Source of the DNA: a virus
Taxonomy: Duplodnaviria; Caudoviricetes
IMG/VR virus record: IMGVR_UViG_3300025083_000157
Coordinates: 1 to 29,074 of that record
DNA: 29,074 nt
Strand: one strand, 5' to 3'
Position numbers and translations under genes: made by a program. Under the pieces are notes generated by a model, which saw only the letters and a list, made by a program, of their open reading frames with translations, did not search any database and had not been told where the DNA came from. Every line of letters starts with the position of its first letter. The stretch's first letter is position 1. Below, in pieces: positions 16,406 to 26,208 of this stretch.

Positions 16406-18534
16406 GTGATATTTTTTATTCACAAGTAGATGCTAATTTACAACTAGAATTACTAGCTCGAGCAGCAGCAGGTAAAGGCAATCGCCGAACCAAAGACATT
16501 AACTACATGGTTAGTAAAATTGCCAATGTGTCAATAACTCCATATGATATTACATATGTCCCTACTAATACTATTGAAGCCCTAGGAGCAGCACTAAATG
16601 GAAATCCACAACAATTTTCGTCGAAAAAAGAACCAATTACTGAAGCAATATTAGGAGGTGCTGGAGTAAGGCAAGGCGAATATTTACCAACAGGTCCACG
16701 TGGGTTTATAACCGATCGAATATATAGCATTACTGGTTCAGATGGTAAAGCGGATCAACGAACCAACACATCAAAGCGAATACCTCCATATTTAACTGGA
16801 TTAGAAGTTTCTATAGGTGACGATTCGATGGGTGTTATGCAAACTGCAACCGCAAATGTCACAATACCAAATCCTGGAAGAGATTTAGATTATTTCGAAT
16901 CCGTTTATTTAAGACCAGGCAGAAATGTAAAGATATATATAGAACATCCTAATACAGCTATTGTTGGTGAAACTGCATATTTAACACCAGGATCAATTCC
17001 ATCAACTGAAAAACTCAAAGAGTTATATCCGGATATAACACCAGAACAGGAACAACAATATAAAAAAATGAATGCATTTGTTTTTGACGGTGTTATTATT
17101 TCATTTACATTGGATTATCAACAAGATGCAAGTGTTGCTGCAAGTTTAACAATGAGAGGCACCACACAAGTATATACTGATCTTTCGATGGCTATGAGTG
17201 ATACTAGTAAAAAAACTAATACGAGTGGATCTGCTGAAGGAGTTGCAGTCACTACATTCCATGAAGAAATAGAAAAGGTAATCGAAGAAAAGCGAATAGA
17301 ATTAGGATCGAAGACGTCTGGTATATATATCGATGAAACTGATACTAAATTAAAAGATGTTAGTTATATTTGGGGAGCTCCAAAATCAGATATGCAGTCT
17401 ATGAAATATATTACATTGAAAGCACTGATAAATTTTGTTAATAAGTTCATACTGCCAAAAGCAGCTCCAGTAGTTGGAAATGTTGAAATTGTTTTTGATC
17501 GAGAAATAAATACATGTAAATATTACGAAAATTTAGTATCTGCGGATCCATTGTCTGTGTTCTTCCCTGGCCAGGATAATTATGGTTCATTTACATGGTA
17601 TGGTGAGTTAGACAGTAAAAAACCTAAGTTTTTCAAAGCGGATATCACGAAGCCCGAATCATATTGCACATTAATATACATATCAACTACAATTATTGAA
17701 CAAATAATAACAGCAATGGCAACAGACAAAATATACACTGTTGCTGAGTTTTTACAACGAATATCTGCTAGAATAAATTATGCATCAGGCGGAGCTTATG
17801 ATTTAAAATTAGTCACTCACCCAGATAACCAAAATGCACTATTATATTATGATAGTAACAATGTTAAGTCATTTAGTACTGTACCCAACGCATTTAATGT
17901 GCCAATGTTTGCAAATAACGAAGCCGGTACTATTGTTAAAGATTTTACTTTCAATGGCAAACTACCGAGTGATGCGTCTAATTTAGCATATGTATTAAAT
18001 CAGAATCCAGCTGATATATCAGAATCTGAAATAGCTCCATTCTTATCATACATGTATAGTGCAACACAGACACGGCGTGATGCAAACGGAAATGACACAG
18101 TTTCAAATATAACAAATGTTGAAACATTAAATAAAATTAAACAGTCATACGAGGATAATAATGCAAAATATTTATTTGAATTAACTGATCCAGTATCTGG
18201 ATCTATAGCATTATATGGTAAAAACATGGATGAAAGTAAAAATCAAACAAAATTACATACTAGTTTGCAAAAATACATTCAATATCCTAAATCAGCTTTA
18301 GAAGATTCTGTTAATTTAAAAGCACCAGTCATACCGTTTGATGCATCATTTACAGTAGAAGGCGTAAATGGTTTTAGATATGGGGATGTTTTGGAATTTT
18401 CTGGATTACCAAAAAGATATACTAATAACACTGTATTTTGTATCATCGGAATAAATCATAGTGTCTCATCAACCGGTGAATGGAACACGTCAATACAATG
18501 CATAATGAGACCTAGAATAGATTTCACACAATGA
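16402..18534 (+). CDS. Baseplate hub protein (gp27/gpD-like)
   Basis: 710 aa with ATGA overlap. YLRPG, FDGVIISF and C-terminal FTVEGVNGFRYGD..LP..FCIIGINHSVSSTGEWNTSI are typical of hub folds. Confidence 0.6.
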   Translation: MSDIFYSQVDANLQLELLARAAAGKGNRRTKDINYMVSKIANVSITPYDITYVPTNTIEALGAALNGNPQQFSSKKEPITEAILGGAGVRQGEYLPTGPRGFITDRIYSITGSDGKADQRTNTSKRIPPYLTGLEVSIGDDSMGVMQTATANVTIPNPGRDLDYFESVYLRPGRNVKIYIEHPNTAIVGETAYLTPGSIPSTEKLKELYPDITPEQEQQYKKMNAFVFDGVIISFTLDYQQDASVAASLTMRGTTQVYTDLSMAMSDTSKKTNTSGSAEGVAVTTFHEEIEKVIEEKRIELGSKTSGIYIDETDTKLKDVSYIWGAPKSDMQSMKYITLKALINFVNKFILPKAAPVVGNVEIVFDREINTCKYYENLVSADPLSVFFPGQDNYGSFTWYGELDSKKPKFFKADITKPESYCTLIYISTTIIEQIITAMATDKIYTVAEFLQRISARINYASGGAYDLKLVTHPDNQNALLYYDSNNVKSFSTVPNAFNVPMFANNEAGTIVKDFTFNGKLPSDASNLAYVLNQNPADISESEIAPFLSYMYSATQTRRDANGNDTVSNITNVETLNKIKQSYEDNNAKYLFELTDPVSGSIALYGKNMDESKNQTKLHTSLQKYIQYPKSALEDSVNLKAPVIPFDASFTVEGVNGFRYGDVLEFSGLPKRYTNNTVFCIIGINHSVSSTGEWNTSIQCIMRPRIDFTQ

Positions 18535-19148
18535 GAATAAAGTCATATTATAGCGCCAATGAAATAGTTAATAATTTATATACTACTGGTCAAGAGCTAA
18601 TGACTACTGATAATGTAGATTATGTCGGATTATATCATAAATACACAACAGGCGAAATATATTCACAACCAACATGGAACAAAAATAAATCAGTAAAATT
18701 AATTAAATACAAAGAACAACCAGAGTCTGTTATTGAGTACAATAAAATTTCTGATATAGAAATCAATTATAAATCATTTAACACGTATAACGTTGTAATT
18801 ACCAAAGAAAATATTAATAACGGGTATATTGATAGATTTATAATTAAACGATCTAATGACAACATATTTTATGAAGTTAACAGTGACACATATGATGCAT
18901 ATACTAGCGAAGATATAGATCCGGTATTGTACTCAGCTGTTAAACTTAAATGGTATATTACAGGAAATATCACTGATACTCAACAAGGCAACATAACAAT
19001 TCCGGGTGTACAGAGCAATAATTACAAAGAATTGCAAACAGCAGAAATCACAGTACCTGGTATATCTTTATATTTTACGGATCTATTACAGTATTATGTT
19101 GATAATGACAATGTAACTCCAAAAGATATTAACGTATTGGATTCCTAA
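18531..19148 (+). CDS. Hypothetical protein, probably baseplate-associated
   Basis: 205 aa, coupled by ATGA to the hub gene. Tyr-rich (NLYTTGQE, YVGLYH). Confidence 0.6.
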   Translation: MRIKSYYSANEIVNNLYTTGQELMTTDNVDYVGLYHKYTTGEIYSQPTWNKNKSVKLIKYKEQPESVIEYNKISDIEINYKSFNTYNVVITKENINNGYIDRFIIKRSNDNIFYEVNSDTYDAYTSEDIDPVLYSAVKLKWYITGNITDTQQGNITIPGVQSNNYKELQTAEITVPGISLYFTDLLQYYVDNDNVTPKDINVLDS

Positions 19149-19165
19149 TAAATTTTTACTATTAT
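19137..19165 (+). promoter_or_regulatory. Putative sigma70-like promoter TTGGAT-N17-TATTAT
   Basis: Marks the boundary between the structural and replication modules. The -10 ends 7 nt before ATG 19173. Confidence 0.55.
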
Positions 19166-19172
19166 ATGTTAT

Positions 19173-20495
19173 ATGATAGTGGACTATGAATCTGATGTAA
19201 CAAAGTGTTTGCAAATAATTGCAGATTGCAAGACATTGCTAGTTCCTATCTATGCAAACTCAACATCACATACATGTATTCAAGATATATATGCAATCTA
19301 CGTTTATTGTGAAGATGAGAGTGAATGGATAATCCCAATTCATCACACTGAACAAATAAGGGGCTTTCCCGAATACGTAGAACAGTTCTTATCATTAACT
19401 GATATATTTATCCACGACAAGAAGCGATGGTTACAATCGGGCGGAAACAATGCCGTATGGGACGTTAAGAGTTTATGGTGGTACACGTATAATGAAGCAT
19501 ATGATGAGAATCACTATCCAACTGCAGCACATGAATTTTATTGGAGAAGATTGAAATCTCTTAAAGAGGTAAATGCAGTGATTCCAATGCAGCAACATTT
19601 GGCAATGTGTCAAAAGATACGACATTATTCTTGGCCAATGTGTATGAATGCAAAATTAACTGATTCATATTTAAAATTTAACAATTTATATCCTAAAACA
19701 TTTGCTCAAATAGAAAGTAATGGATTACAAGTTAATAGTAATTTTAAATTTCCTGATCAGGTTAGTGACAATATGGTATATTCGCAATATAATTATCATA
19801 CCACCACTGGCCGGCCAAGTAACGCATTCGGCGGATTCAATTATGCGGCTATGAACAAAGAAGATGGTACTAGATCTGCATTTTGTAGTCGTTTTGATAA
19901 TGGTGCTTTAATTGAAATGGATTTTGATAGTTATCATGTTAGATTAATTGCAAAACTAATCGGATATAATTTACCTGAAACAAGTATACATGATTATCTC
20001 GGCCAATTCTATTTTGGCACAGATGCATTAACAGATGAACAAAGAAATGAAAGCAAATCAATAACATTTCGTCTTTTATATGGAGGTATTGACAAAGAGT
20101 TTTTAAGTATTCCATTTTTTCAGCAAGTAAATGATTTTGTGTTTAACCTATGGGATAAGTGGAAACGTAATGGATGCGTAAAAACGCCGATTATTGGTCG
20201 CAGTATATGCAAAGATCAAGTTACCAATATGACTTCATTTAAATTGTTTAATTATTATTTACAAGCCACTGAAACAGAAGTATCCGTTAATAAATTATCA
20301 CAACTTCAAGACTATTTACAAGATCACAAAACATGTATAATATTATATACATATGACTCCGTATTATTCGATGTTCCTTTATCAGAAGCTAAGAGTATTT
20401 TACCAGAATTAAAAAACTTGTTAGAACAAGGGAATTTTCCGGTGAAATGTAAAGTTGGCGATATTTATGATAAAATGAGAACAATTACGTTATGA
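19173..20495 (+). CDS. polA: Short, divergent family A DNA polymerase
   Basis: TTTGRPS, motif A EMDFDSYHVR, motif B RNESKSITFRLLYG, NYYLQATET, motif C LYTYDSVLFD. Confidence 0.85.
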   Translation: MIVDYESDVTKCLQIIADCKTLLVPIYANSTSHTCIQDIYAIYVYCEDESEWIIPIHHTEQIRGFPEYVEQFLSLTDIFIHDKKRWLQSGGNNAVWDVKSLWWYTYNEAYDENHYPTAAHEFYWRRLKSLKEVNAVIPMQQHLAMCQKIRHYSWPMCMNAKLTDSYLKFNNLYPKTFAQIESNGLQVNSNFKFPDQVSDNMVYSQYNYHTTTGRPSNAFGGFNYAAMNKEDGTRSAFCSRFDNGALIEMDFDSYHVRLIAKLIGYNLPETSIHDYLGQFYFGTDALTDEQRNESKSITFRLLYGGIDKEFLSIPFFQQVNDFVFNLWDKWKRNGCVKTPIIGRSICKDQVTNMTSFKLFNYYLQATETEVSVNKLSQLQDYLQDHKTCIILYTYDSVLFDVPLSEAKSILPELKNLLEQGNFPVKCKVGDIYDKMRTITL

Positions 20496-21733
20496 ATATA
20501 AATTCTTTAATTACAGAGTGGACATATCGATTACCAAAAGGATATCCCGACTCTGAATCAGATTATCAAGAACTAGATCGTGTATTAATTGAAATGACTG
20601 ATTTATCTGAAACAGAGCGAATGGCAATTATCCGAAAAGCCAAAGGATTGTCTGAACAAGAAGATGAATCAAATATTTTAGACGTTGAATCTGTATTAAC
20701 TAACAAACTAAAATTACCAGCACCGGTAGTAGATCAAATCATGGCTGTATATAACAGTTTAAATAATGATGATCGAGTATTATTTGATAATAATTTCAGA
20801 AAGCATAGTATAGATTCATTCGTAGCTGAGGGTTGGAAAGCATTTAAAGAATTCTTTTTAGTAAATGTCGGCGGTGCTCGCGGAGGAATGGGTAATGGTG
20901 AAATATCAATTCTATTAGGAGTTAAAGAGTCGATGCCAGGCGGTACCGCACAACATGATATTGTTATGCCTGCAGGTGAATGGGAAGTTAAAGAATTAAA
21001 GTCTGGAAATTTTGACCCTGCAAAAGCAGGTCTTTCATCAAAATATGCATTAACAAACAAAATAAAAGATTTTTATAAAGATATAGTTGTACCAGTTTCA
21101 CAAATTGGAGATCCATATCAATCATTAAAACATCTAGTAAATCCAGAATCCGCAGAAGATTTAAAAAAACTAATTCGTATATTTGAAACAAGATTTGAGT
21201 CAGTTATAGACCCAGATAAATTAGCATCATTTGAATGGAAAAAATCAGCAATGCATAACTGGTATGAAGGATTCAAAGAATTACATGACGTATTCTATAA
21301 AACAAATTTAGATACAACAGTAAAAGATACAAGATTAACGGTTAATACCGATGGAAAGCAAAAGTCATATTGGATATCTGATGAAGATGTAGAAGAAATA
21401 GAGTTATCAGCCGGCGAAGATACTGCAGCTGACGTTTTTGTTGGTGATCCTGTTGATGATGTTAATTCAAATATTGTTATATGGTTTAAGCGTGTAGAAC
21501 GACATGAATTTATAAAAAACCCACAAAACTTTTTATTTGATTTAAATACTATTAAAAACACATTCTTTAATAGTATATTAGGTTTAATTTGGTATAATTA
21601 TAGAAACCCACAACCACATATTGGTCTAGCTGAAGATTTTGCTATTGATGTGGTGTCGCAGGGTAGATATAGATTTGTGCAGAAAAATATACCATCATCT
21701 CAAGGATATGAATACATACAAGGACAGGGATAA
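20492..21733 (+). CDS. Hypothetical protein with a putative PD-(D/E)xK nuclease-like domain
   Basis: 413 aa with GNGEI..HDIVMPAGEWEVKE motif. TATTTATG at 20462-20469, 30 nt upstream. Confidence 0.55.
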   Translation: MNINSLITEWTYRLPKGYPDSESDYQELDRVLIEMTDLSETERMAIIRKAKGLSEQEDESNILDVESVLTNKLKLPAPVVDQIMAVYNSLNNDDRVLFDNNFRKHSIDSFVAEGWKAFKEFFLVNVGGARGGMGNGEISILLGVKESMPGGTAQHDIVMPAGEWEVKELKSGNFDPAKAGLSSKYALTNKIKDFYKDIVVPVSQIGDPYQSLKHLVNPESAEDLKKLIRIFETRFESVIDPDKLASFEWKKSAMHNWYEGFKELHDVFYKTNLDTTVKDTRLTVNTDGKQKSYWISDEDVEEIELSAGEDTAADVFVGDPVDDVNSNIVIWFKRVERHEFIKNPQNFLFDLNTIKNTFFNSILGLIWYNYRNPQPHIGLAEDFAIDVVSQGRYRFVQKNIPSSQGYEYIQGQG

Positions 21734-21735
21734 TA

Positions 21736-22119
21736 GTGAGAACGCAACTACTGTGCACATTTGCACATCAATCAGATTTAAATATTATAACTGACTACAT
21801 ACAACAAAGTTATACTATACCAGAACAAAGAATATTTGTGTTTTCTAATGCTGAATTACCATCTCAGTTATATTGCACATATAACGCAGATTCATCAGAA
21901 ACAAGAGGACAGAATACTATTAGTATTCACCGAAAAAAAGAAACTAACACGCTATACACAGTTAATGCTCTTAATGCAATTATTCGTCGTGTGAATAATG
22001 GGGTGTTAGATAAAACATTTCAAGTTGATTGGACCAACTATCGTAATTCATTTATACTAACTGATGATGACAATTATCGTGTTGTTGATTTATTATTTTT
22101 CAAGAAGGTTTCTTGGTAG
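21736..22119 (+). CDS. Hypothetical phage protein (127 aa, GTG start)
   Basis: Fills the gap, 2 nt after the previous stop. Contains QLLCTF and TISIHRKKETNTLYTVNALN. Confidence 0.75.
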   Translation: MRTQLLCTFAHQSDLNIITDYIQQSYTIPEQRIFVFSNAELPSQLYCTYNADSSETRGQNTISIHRKKETNTLYTVNALNAIIRRVNNGVLDKTFQVDWTNYRNSFILTDDDNYRVVDLLFFKKVSW

Positions 22120-22152
22120 TTTGATATTTATTATATATAATATATTAATAAT

Positions 22153-23055
22153 ATGATACGATTAAAAACATTACTTTTAACTGAAAACCAAATGACAAAA
22201 TCTGATTTTAATCAGATAGGTAATGTTTTGCGTGATCCAGTTAAGGCGAAACAAATTCATGATTTATTGATTCAGATGTTTCCTAAACAAAAAGAATTAT
22301 TAGATTATAATTATAAAAATGATTCATACGCTGAATTTAAAAGATTTATTTTTAATATAGATAAATTTAAACTAGAAGAACCTGTATCTATCAATCATAC
22401 TGATCTTAAATTAGATCCTCAAGTAATGAAAGATAGAGAAAAAAAATATCAAGACTATATTGATGGTAAAGTAGACAAATATTTTAGAGACACAGATTCA
22501 GATCCTAGAAACGTAGACCTATCAAAAATGCCTCCTATTACAATAGATAGTAACGGCGAAGTTATGGATGGTAATCATAGAGCATTTCTAGCTATTAAAC
22601 AGCAAAAACCACTTAAAGCATATAAAATAGTAAATTCTATTAATACTAATCCCAATGTAGCTAAAATTTTACAAATAATAGGTAGAAATTCTCAAACGCA
22701 AAATATAGACATTATAGTTAACTATGCAGAAGTTGATTTAAACTATTCAAATATGTCTATTCAAAAAAGTGGCGTATTAGATTCTCAATTTGTAGAAGAA
22801 ACTCTAGGAGATATTGAAGCATATATTGAAGACAATAATATTGACGGTGGTTCTAGATTTGACATAACACGAATGGTGTCTGATATAAAATTTGATTGTA
22901 GTATAAATATTAATAACGATGAAATTGATATCACAATTATGTTAGATGCAGATGGTGATGTTATATCAATTGATATACAAGACGACGATATTGCTGATAA
23001 ATACGGAATAAATGATCAGTGGATACAAGAATATCTAAGCAAACAAGGCTTATAA
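22153..23055 (+). CDS. Protein with a ParB/Srx-like domain and an acidic C-terminal domain
   Basis: PPITIDSNGEVMDGNHRAFLA motif. TATTTATT at 22125-22132, 28 nt upstream. Confidence 0.65.
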   Translation: MIRLKTLLLTENQMTKSDFNQIGNVLRDPVKAKQIHDLLIQMFPKQKELLDYNYKNDSYAEFKRFIFNIDKFKLEEPVSINHTDLKLDPQVMKDREKKYQDYIDGKVDKYFRDTDSDPRNVDLSKMPPITIDSNGEVMDGNHRAFLAIKQQKPLKAYKIVNSINTNPNVAKILQIIGRNSQTQNIDIIVNYAEVDLNYSNMSIQKSGVLDSQFVEETLGDIEAYIEDNNIDGGSRFDITRMVSDIKFDCSININNDEIDITIMLDADGDVISIDIQDDDIADKYGINDQWIQEYLSKQGL

Positions 23056-23083
23056 AAAAATAATAAAAAATTTAAACAATTAC

Positions 23084-23112
23084 TTGGACTTAACGATTTA
23101 ATTATCTAATAT
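23084..23112 (+). promoter_or_regulatory. Putative sigma70-like promoter TTGGAC-N17-TAATAT
   Basis: Intergenic, upstream of the SSB-RecA-exonuclease operon. Confidence 0.5.
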
Positions 23113-23161
23113 ATAATTAATAAATAACATAAATTAATAACTTAACAAAAAAAGGACTTAA

Positions 23162-23944
23162 ATGGGACTTAATTTAGACGCCATCAAGGCAAAACTTAAT
23201 CAATTAAACAACAACAACGATCGTCGAAACAATCTTTGGAAACCAGAAGCTGGTAAGACACGTGTAAGAATCGTGCCGTATGTTCATCGCAAAGATAATC
23301 CATTCTTAGAATTGTATTTTCATTATGACATTGCTAAAAGATCAATGCTATCACCGGTATCATTCGGTAATGCAGATCCAGTAGTTGAATTTGCAGAAAA
23401 ACTAAAAAAGACTGGTGACAAAGATGAATGGCTAATGGGTCGTAAAATCGAACCTAAAATGAGAACATATGTTCCGGTTATCGTAAGAGGTAAAGAATCT
23501 GAAGGAGTTAAATTTTGGGGATTTGGCAAAACAATTTACACTGAATTGCTTTCAATTGTATCTGATCCAGATTATGGTGATATCACCGATCTATTAAATG
23601 GTCGTGACATCGACGTAGAGTTTACACCAGCAGAAGGTGGAGGATATCCTAAAACTGCTATTCGTGTTAAACCTAATACATCAGCTGCAACTGAAGACAA
23701 AGCAATTGCAGAAAAGATTATGAATCAGCCAACTATCACTGATATCTTCCCAGAACCAACTTATGAAGAGTTAGAACAAGCTCTTAAAGATTGGATGAAT
23801 CCAGACGATGACAGTTCAGACGTTAGCACATCATCTAGCTCAACAACAGATACATCTAGCACTAATAATGCAACTACGGAAACAAAGACCGAAGAAAAGC
23901 AAACAGATGTAGCATCAGCATTTAACGATTTATTTAACAAGTAG
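23162..23944 (+). CDS. Single-stranded DNA-binding protein (T4 gp32-like)
   Basis: WKPEAGKTRVRIVP, GVKFWGFGKTIY and DITDLLNGRD motifs, acidic tail ending FNDLFNK. Directly upstream of the recombinase. Confidence 0.85.
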   Translation: MGLNLDAIKAKLNQLNNNNDRRNNLWKPEAGKTRVRIVPYVHRKDNPFLELYFHYDIAKRSMLSPVSFGNADPVVEFAEKLKKTGDKDEWLMGRKIEPKMRTYVPVIVRGKESEGVKFWGFGKTIYTELLSIVSDPDYGDITDLLNGRDIDVEFTPAEGGGYPKTAIRVKPNTSAATEDKAIAEKIMNQPTITDIFPEPTYEELEQALKDWMNPDDDSSDVSTSSSSTTDTSSTNNATTETKTEEKQTDVASAFNDLFNK

Positions 23945-23952
23945 GGGCTTCA

Positions 23953-25122
23953 ATGGCAAAGAAAAAAGGCAAAAGCAAGAACGAACTGGAAGATGCATTA
24001 GCAAACACATTAGCTGATAGTATAAATAAACAATTCAAAGGACAGACACTAAAGACTGCATTCTTTTTAGATGGAGATGATGATTCTCCTAGTAATGTGA
24101 AAGAGTGGATATCGTCTGGGTGTGATTCATTGGATTTAGCAATATCTAATCGACCTAACGGAGGATTTCCTGTTGGTAGAATAACCGAAATAACAGGGTT
24201 AGAAGCGTCGGGTAAATCATTGCTAGCAGCGCATACCTTAGCAGAAACGCAGAAAAAAGGAGGGTTAGCAGTTTATATTGATACTGAGTCAGCTACTAGT
24301 TCGGAATTCTTGACTGCAATCGGCGCCGATTTGAAAACCATGTTATATGTACCACTCGAAACGGTAGAGGAAATCTTTGAAACGATTGAAACTATCGTTG
24401 ACGGTGTACGTAAATCAGACAAAGACAGATTGGTAACAATTGTAGTTGATTCCATAATGGGTGCATCTACAAAGATTGAGTTAGCAGCAGAATATGATAA
24501 AGATGGATATGCAACTTCTAAATCGATCATATTGTCTAAAGCAATGCGTAAGGTTACAAATTGGATTGCTCGAGAGAGAATCTGTTTGATCTTTACTAAT
24601 CAACTAAGAGTTAAAATGGGCGTGTCATTTGGAGATCAGTGGACAACAGCAGGTGGTAAGGCAATTCCTTTTCATGCATCTGTCAGACTAAGATTAAAAA
24701 ATACCGGTCAAATTAAAGCAACGGTTAATGGTGCAGAGCAAGTAGTGGGTAGCAAAACCAGTGTGCAGGTAGTCAAAAACCGTATGGGGCCACCACATCG
24801 TAAGATTGATTATGAAATCTATTATGATAGTGGTATTGACAACTTTGGCGGTTGGTTAAATTTGATGAAGAAATTCAAATTGGTTAAACAAGCAGGTGCA
24901 TGGTACACATTAGAAGATGTAGATCATGAAACTGGAGAAGTCTTTGGAGAAATGAAGTTCCAAAGCAAAGATTTTGTTAGTAAGGTAATGCAAAACCCCG
25001 AAGCAAAAGAAAGGTTATACAAAAGAATCTGCGACGCTTATATATTCAAATATCAAGCTGGTATAGACGGAGGTATCGATGATGTTGTTATCGATGAAGA
25101 AGTAATTGACGAAGAAGGATAA
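23953..25122 (+). CDS. recA: RecA/UvsX recombinase
   Basis: GRITEITGLEASGKS (Walker A), YIDTE, IVVDS, FTNQLR, GGKAIPFHASVRL, KNR. Confidence 0.95.
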   Translation: MAKKKGKSKNELEDALANTLADSINKQFKGQTLKTAFFLDGDDDSPSNVKEWISSGCDSLDLAISNRPNGGFPVGRITEITGLEASGKSLLAAHTLAETQKKGGLAVYIDTESATSSEFLTAIGADLKTMLYVPLETVEEIFETIETIVDGVRKSDKDRLVTIVVDSIMGASTKIELAAEYDKDGYATSKSIILSKAMRKVTNWIARERICLIFTNQLRVKMGVSFGDQWTTAGGKAIPFHASVRLRLKNTGQIKATVNGAEQVVGSKTSVQVVKNRMGPPHRKIDYEIYYDSGIDNFGGWLNLMKKFKLVKQAGAWYTLEDVDHETGEVFGEMKFQSKDFVSKVMQNPEAKERLYKRICDAYIFKYQAGIDGGIDDVVIDEEVIDEEG

Positions 25123-26174
25123 TGAATAAGTATCAACGATTATTTAAAGAGTTACAGAAAGAAAAGGAAACGAGCCCGAAGGATGCTAATGATCATATCA
25201 TGGTATTTGACGGGCTCAATACCTTTATTAGAAGTTTTGGTGCAACTCCAGCATATAATGAAGATGGTGACCATATTGGTGGTATTACTGGATTCTTATA
25301 TTCTATAGGTAAAACTGTTAGAGACTTTAAGCCTAGTAGATGTGTAATTGCATTTGACGGAAGAGGCGGTAACGCTAAAAGAAGAAAAATTTATAAAGGT
25401 TATAAAGCAAATCGAGCTAATAAAACTAAACTTCGAAGATTTGATCATCACGAAACAAGTATAGAAGATGAACAAGAGTCAATGAGAAAGCAATTTAGTA
25501 GATTAGTTTCATATTTAGATAATTTACCAGTAACCTTTTTAGCAATGGACGGCATAGAAGCAGATGATACTATTGCCTATATTGCACAAATGTACAATGA
25601 AACATGTAAAAAAATTACAATTGTTTCTACCGATAGAGATTTCTATCAATTAGTAGACGATCGGATACAAGTATGGTCTCCTATTAAAAAGAAAATGTAT
25701 GACACCCAAGCAGTTATAGATGAGTTTGGTGTACATCCTAGTAATATGGTATTATATAGATCATTTACGGGAGATAAATCAGATAATATTCCTGGTGTAA
25801 CTGGTATAGGTCCAAAGACTATCTTAAAACTTATCCCAGAAATCGTACATGAAAAACAAGTTACGTTAGAAGAGTTATTCGAAAAAAGTAATCAACTTTT
25901 AACGGAAACAAAAAAATATCAAAAGATTTTAGACAATCGTGAAACGTTAATTAAAAATTGGCAACTCATGGATATAAAATTATTAGATATATCTGCAAAT
26001 GTATCTTCTAAAATTAGAGGAATAATGTCAGAACCAGTATCTGCTTTAAATAGAGCTGAGTTTCAAAGATTATTTTATGAAGATAAAATGTGGGCTGTAA
26101 TGAAGAATTTACCAGACTGGTTGACTCGAACATGGCTTTCGTTAGATGCATATGCAAAACAAACACATAAATGA
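25122..26174 (+). CDS. 5'-3' exonuclease/flap endonuclease (T4 RNase H / PolI N-terminal-like)
   Basis: FDGLN, AFDG, YKANR, EADD, STDRDFYQL and GDKSDNIPGVTGIGPKT motifs. Confidence 0.92.
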   Translation: MNKYQRLFKELQKEKETSPKDANDHIMVFDGLNTFIRSFGATPAYNEDGDHIGGITGFLYSIGKTVRDFKPSRCVIAFDGRGGNAKRRKIYKGYKANRANKTKLRRFDHHETSIEDEQESMRKQFSRLVSYLDNLPVTFLAMDGIEADDTIAYIAQMYNETCKKITIVSTDRDFYQLVDDRIQVWSPIKKKMYDTQAVIDEFGVHPSNMVLYRSFTGDKSDNIPGVTGIGPKTILKLIPEIVHEKQVTLEELFEKSNQLLTETKKYQKILDNRETLIKNWQLMDIKLLDISANVSSKIRGIMSEPVSALNRAEFQRLFYEDKMWAVMKNLPDWLTRTWLSLDAYAKQTHK

Positions 26175-26203
26175 TTTGATTTTATTATAATTTTTATTAT
26201 TAT
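26175..26203 (+). promoter_or_regulatory. Putative sigma70-like promoter TTTGAT-N17-TATTAT
   Basis: Variant of the TTGGAT class. The -10 ends 5 nt before ATG 26209. Confidence 0.4.
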
Positions 26204-26208
26204 CTAAT

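Noticed and set aside
23800-23900. Short repeats (CATCTAGC twice) in the SSB 3' end
   Set aside because: Explained by the low-complexity Ser/Thr/Asp linker of the acidic tail.
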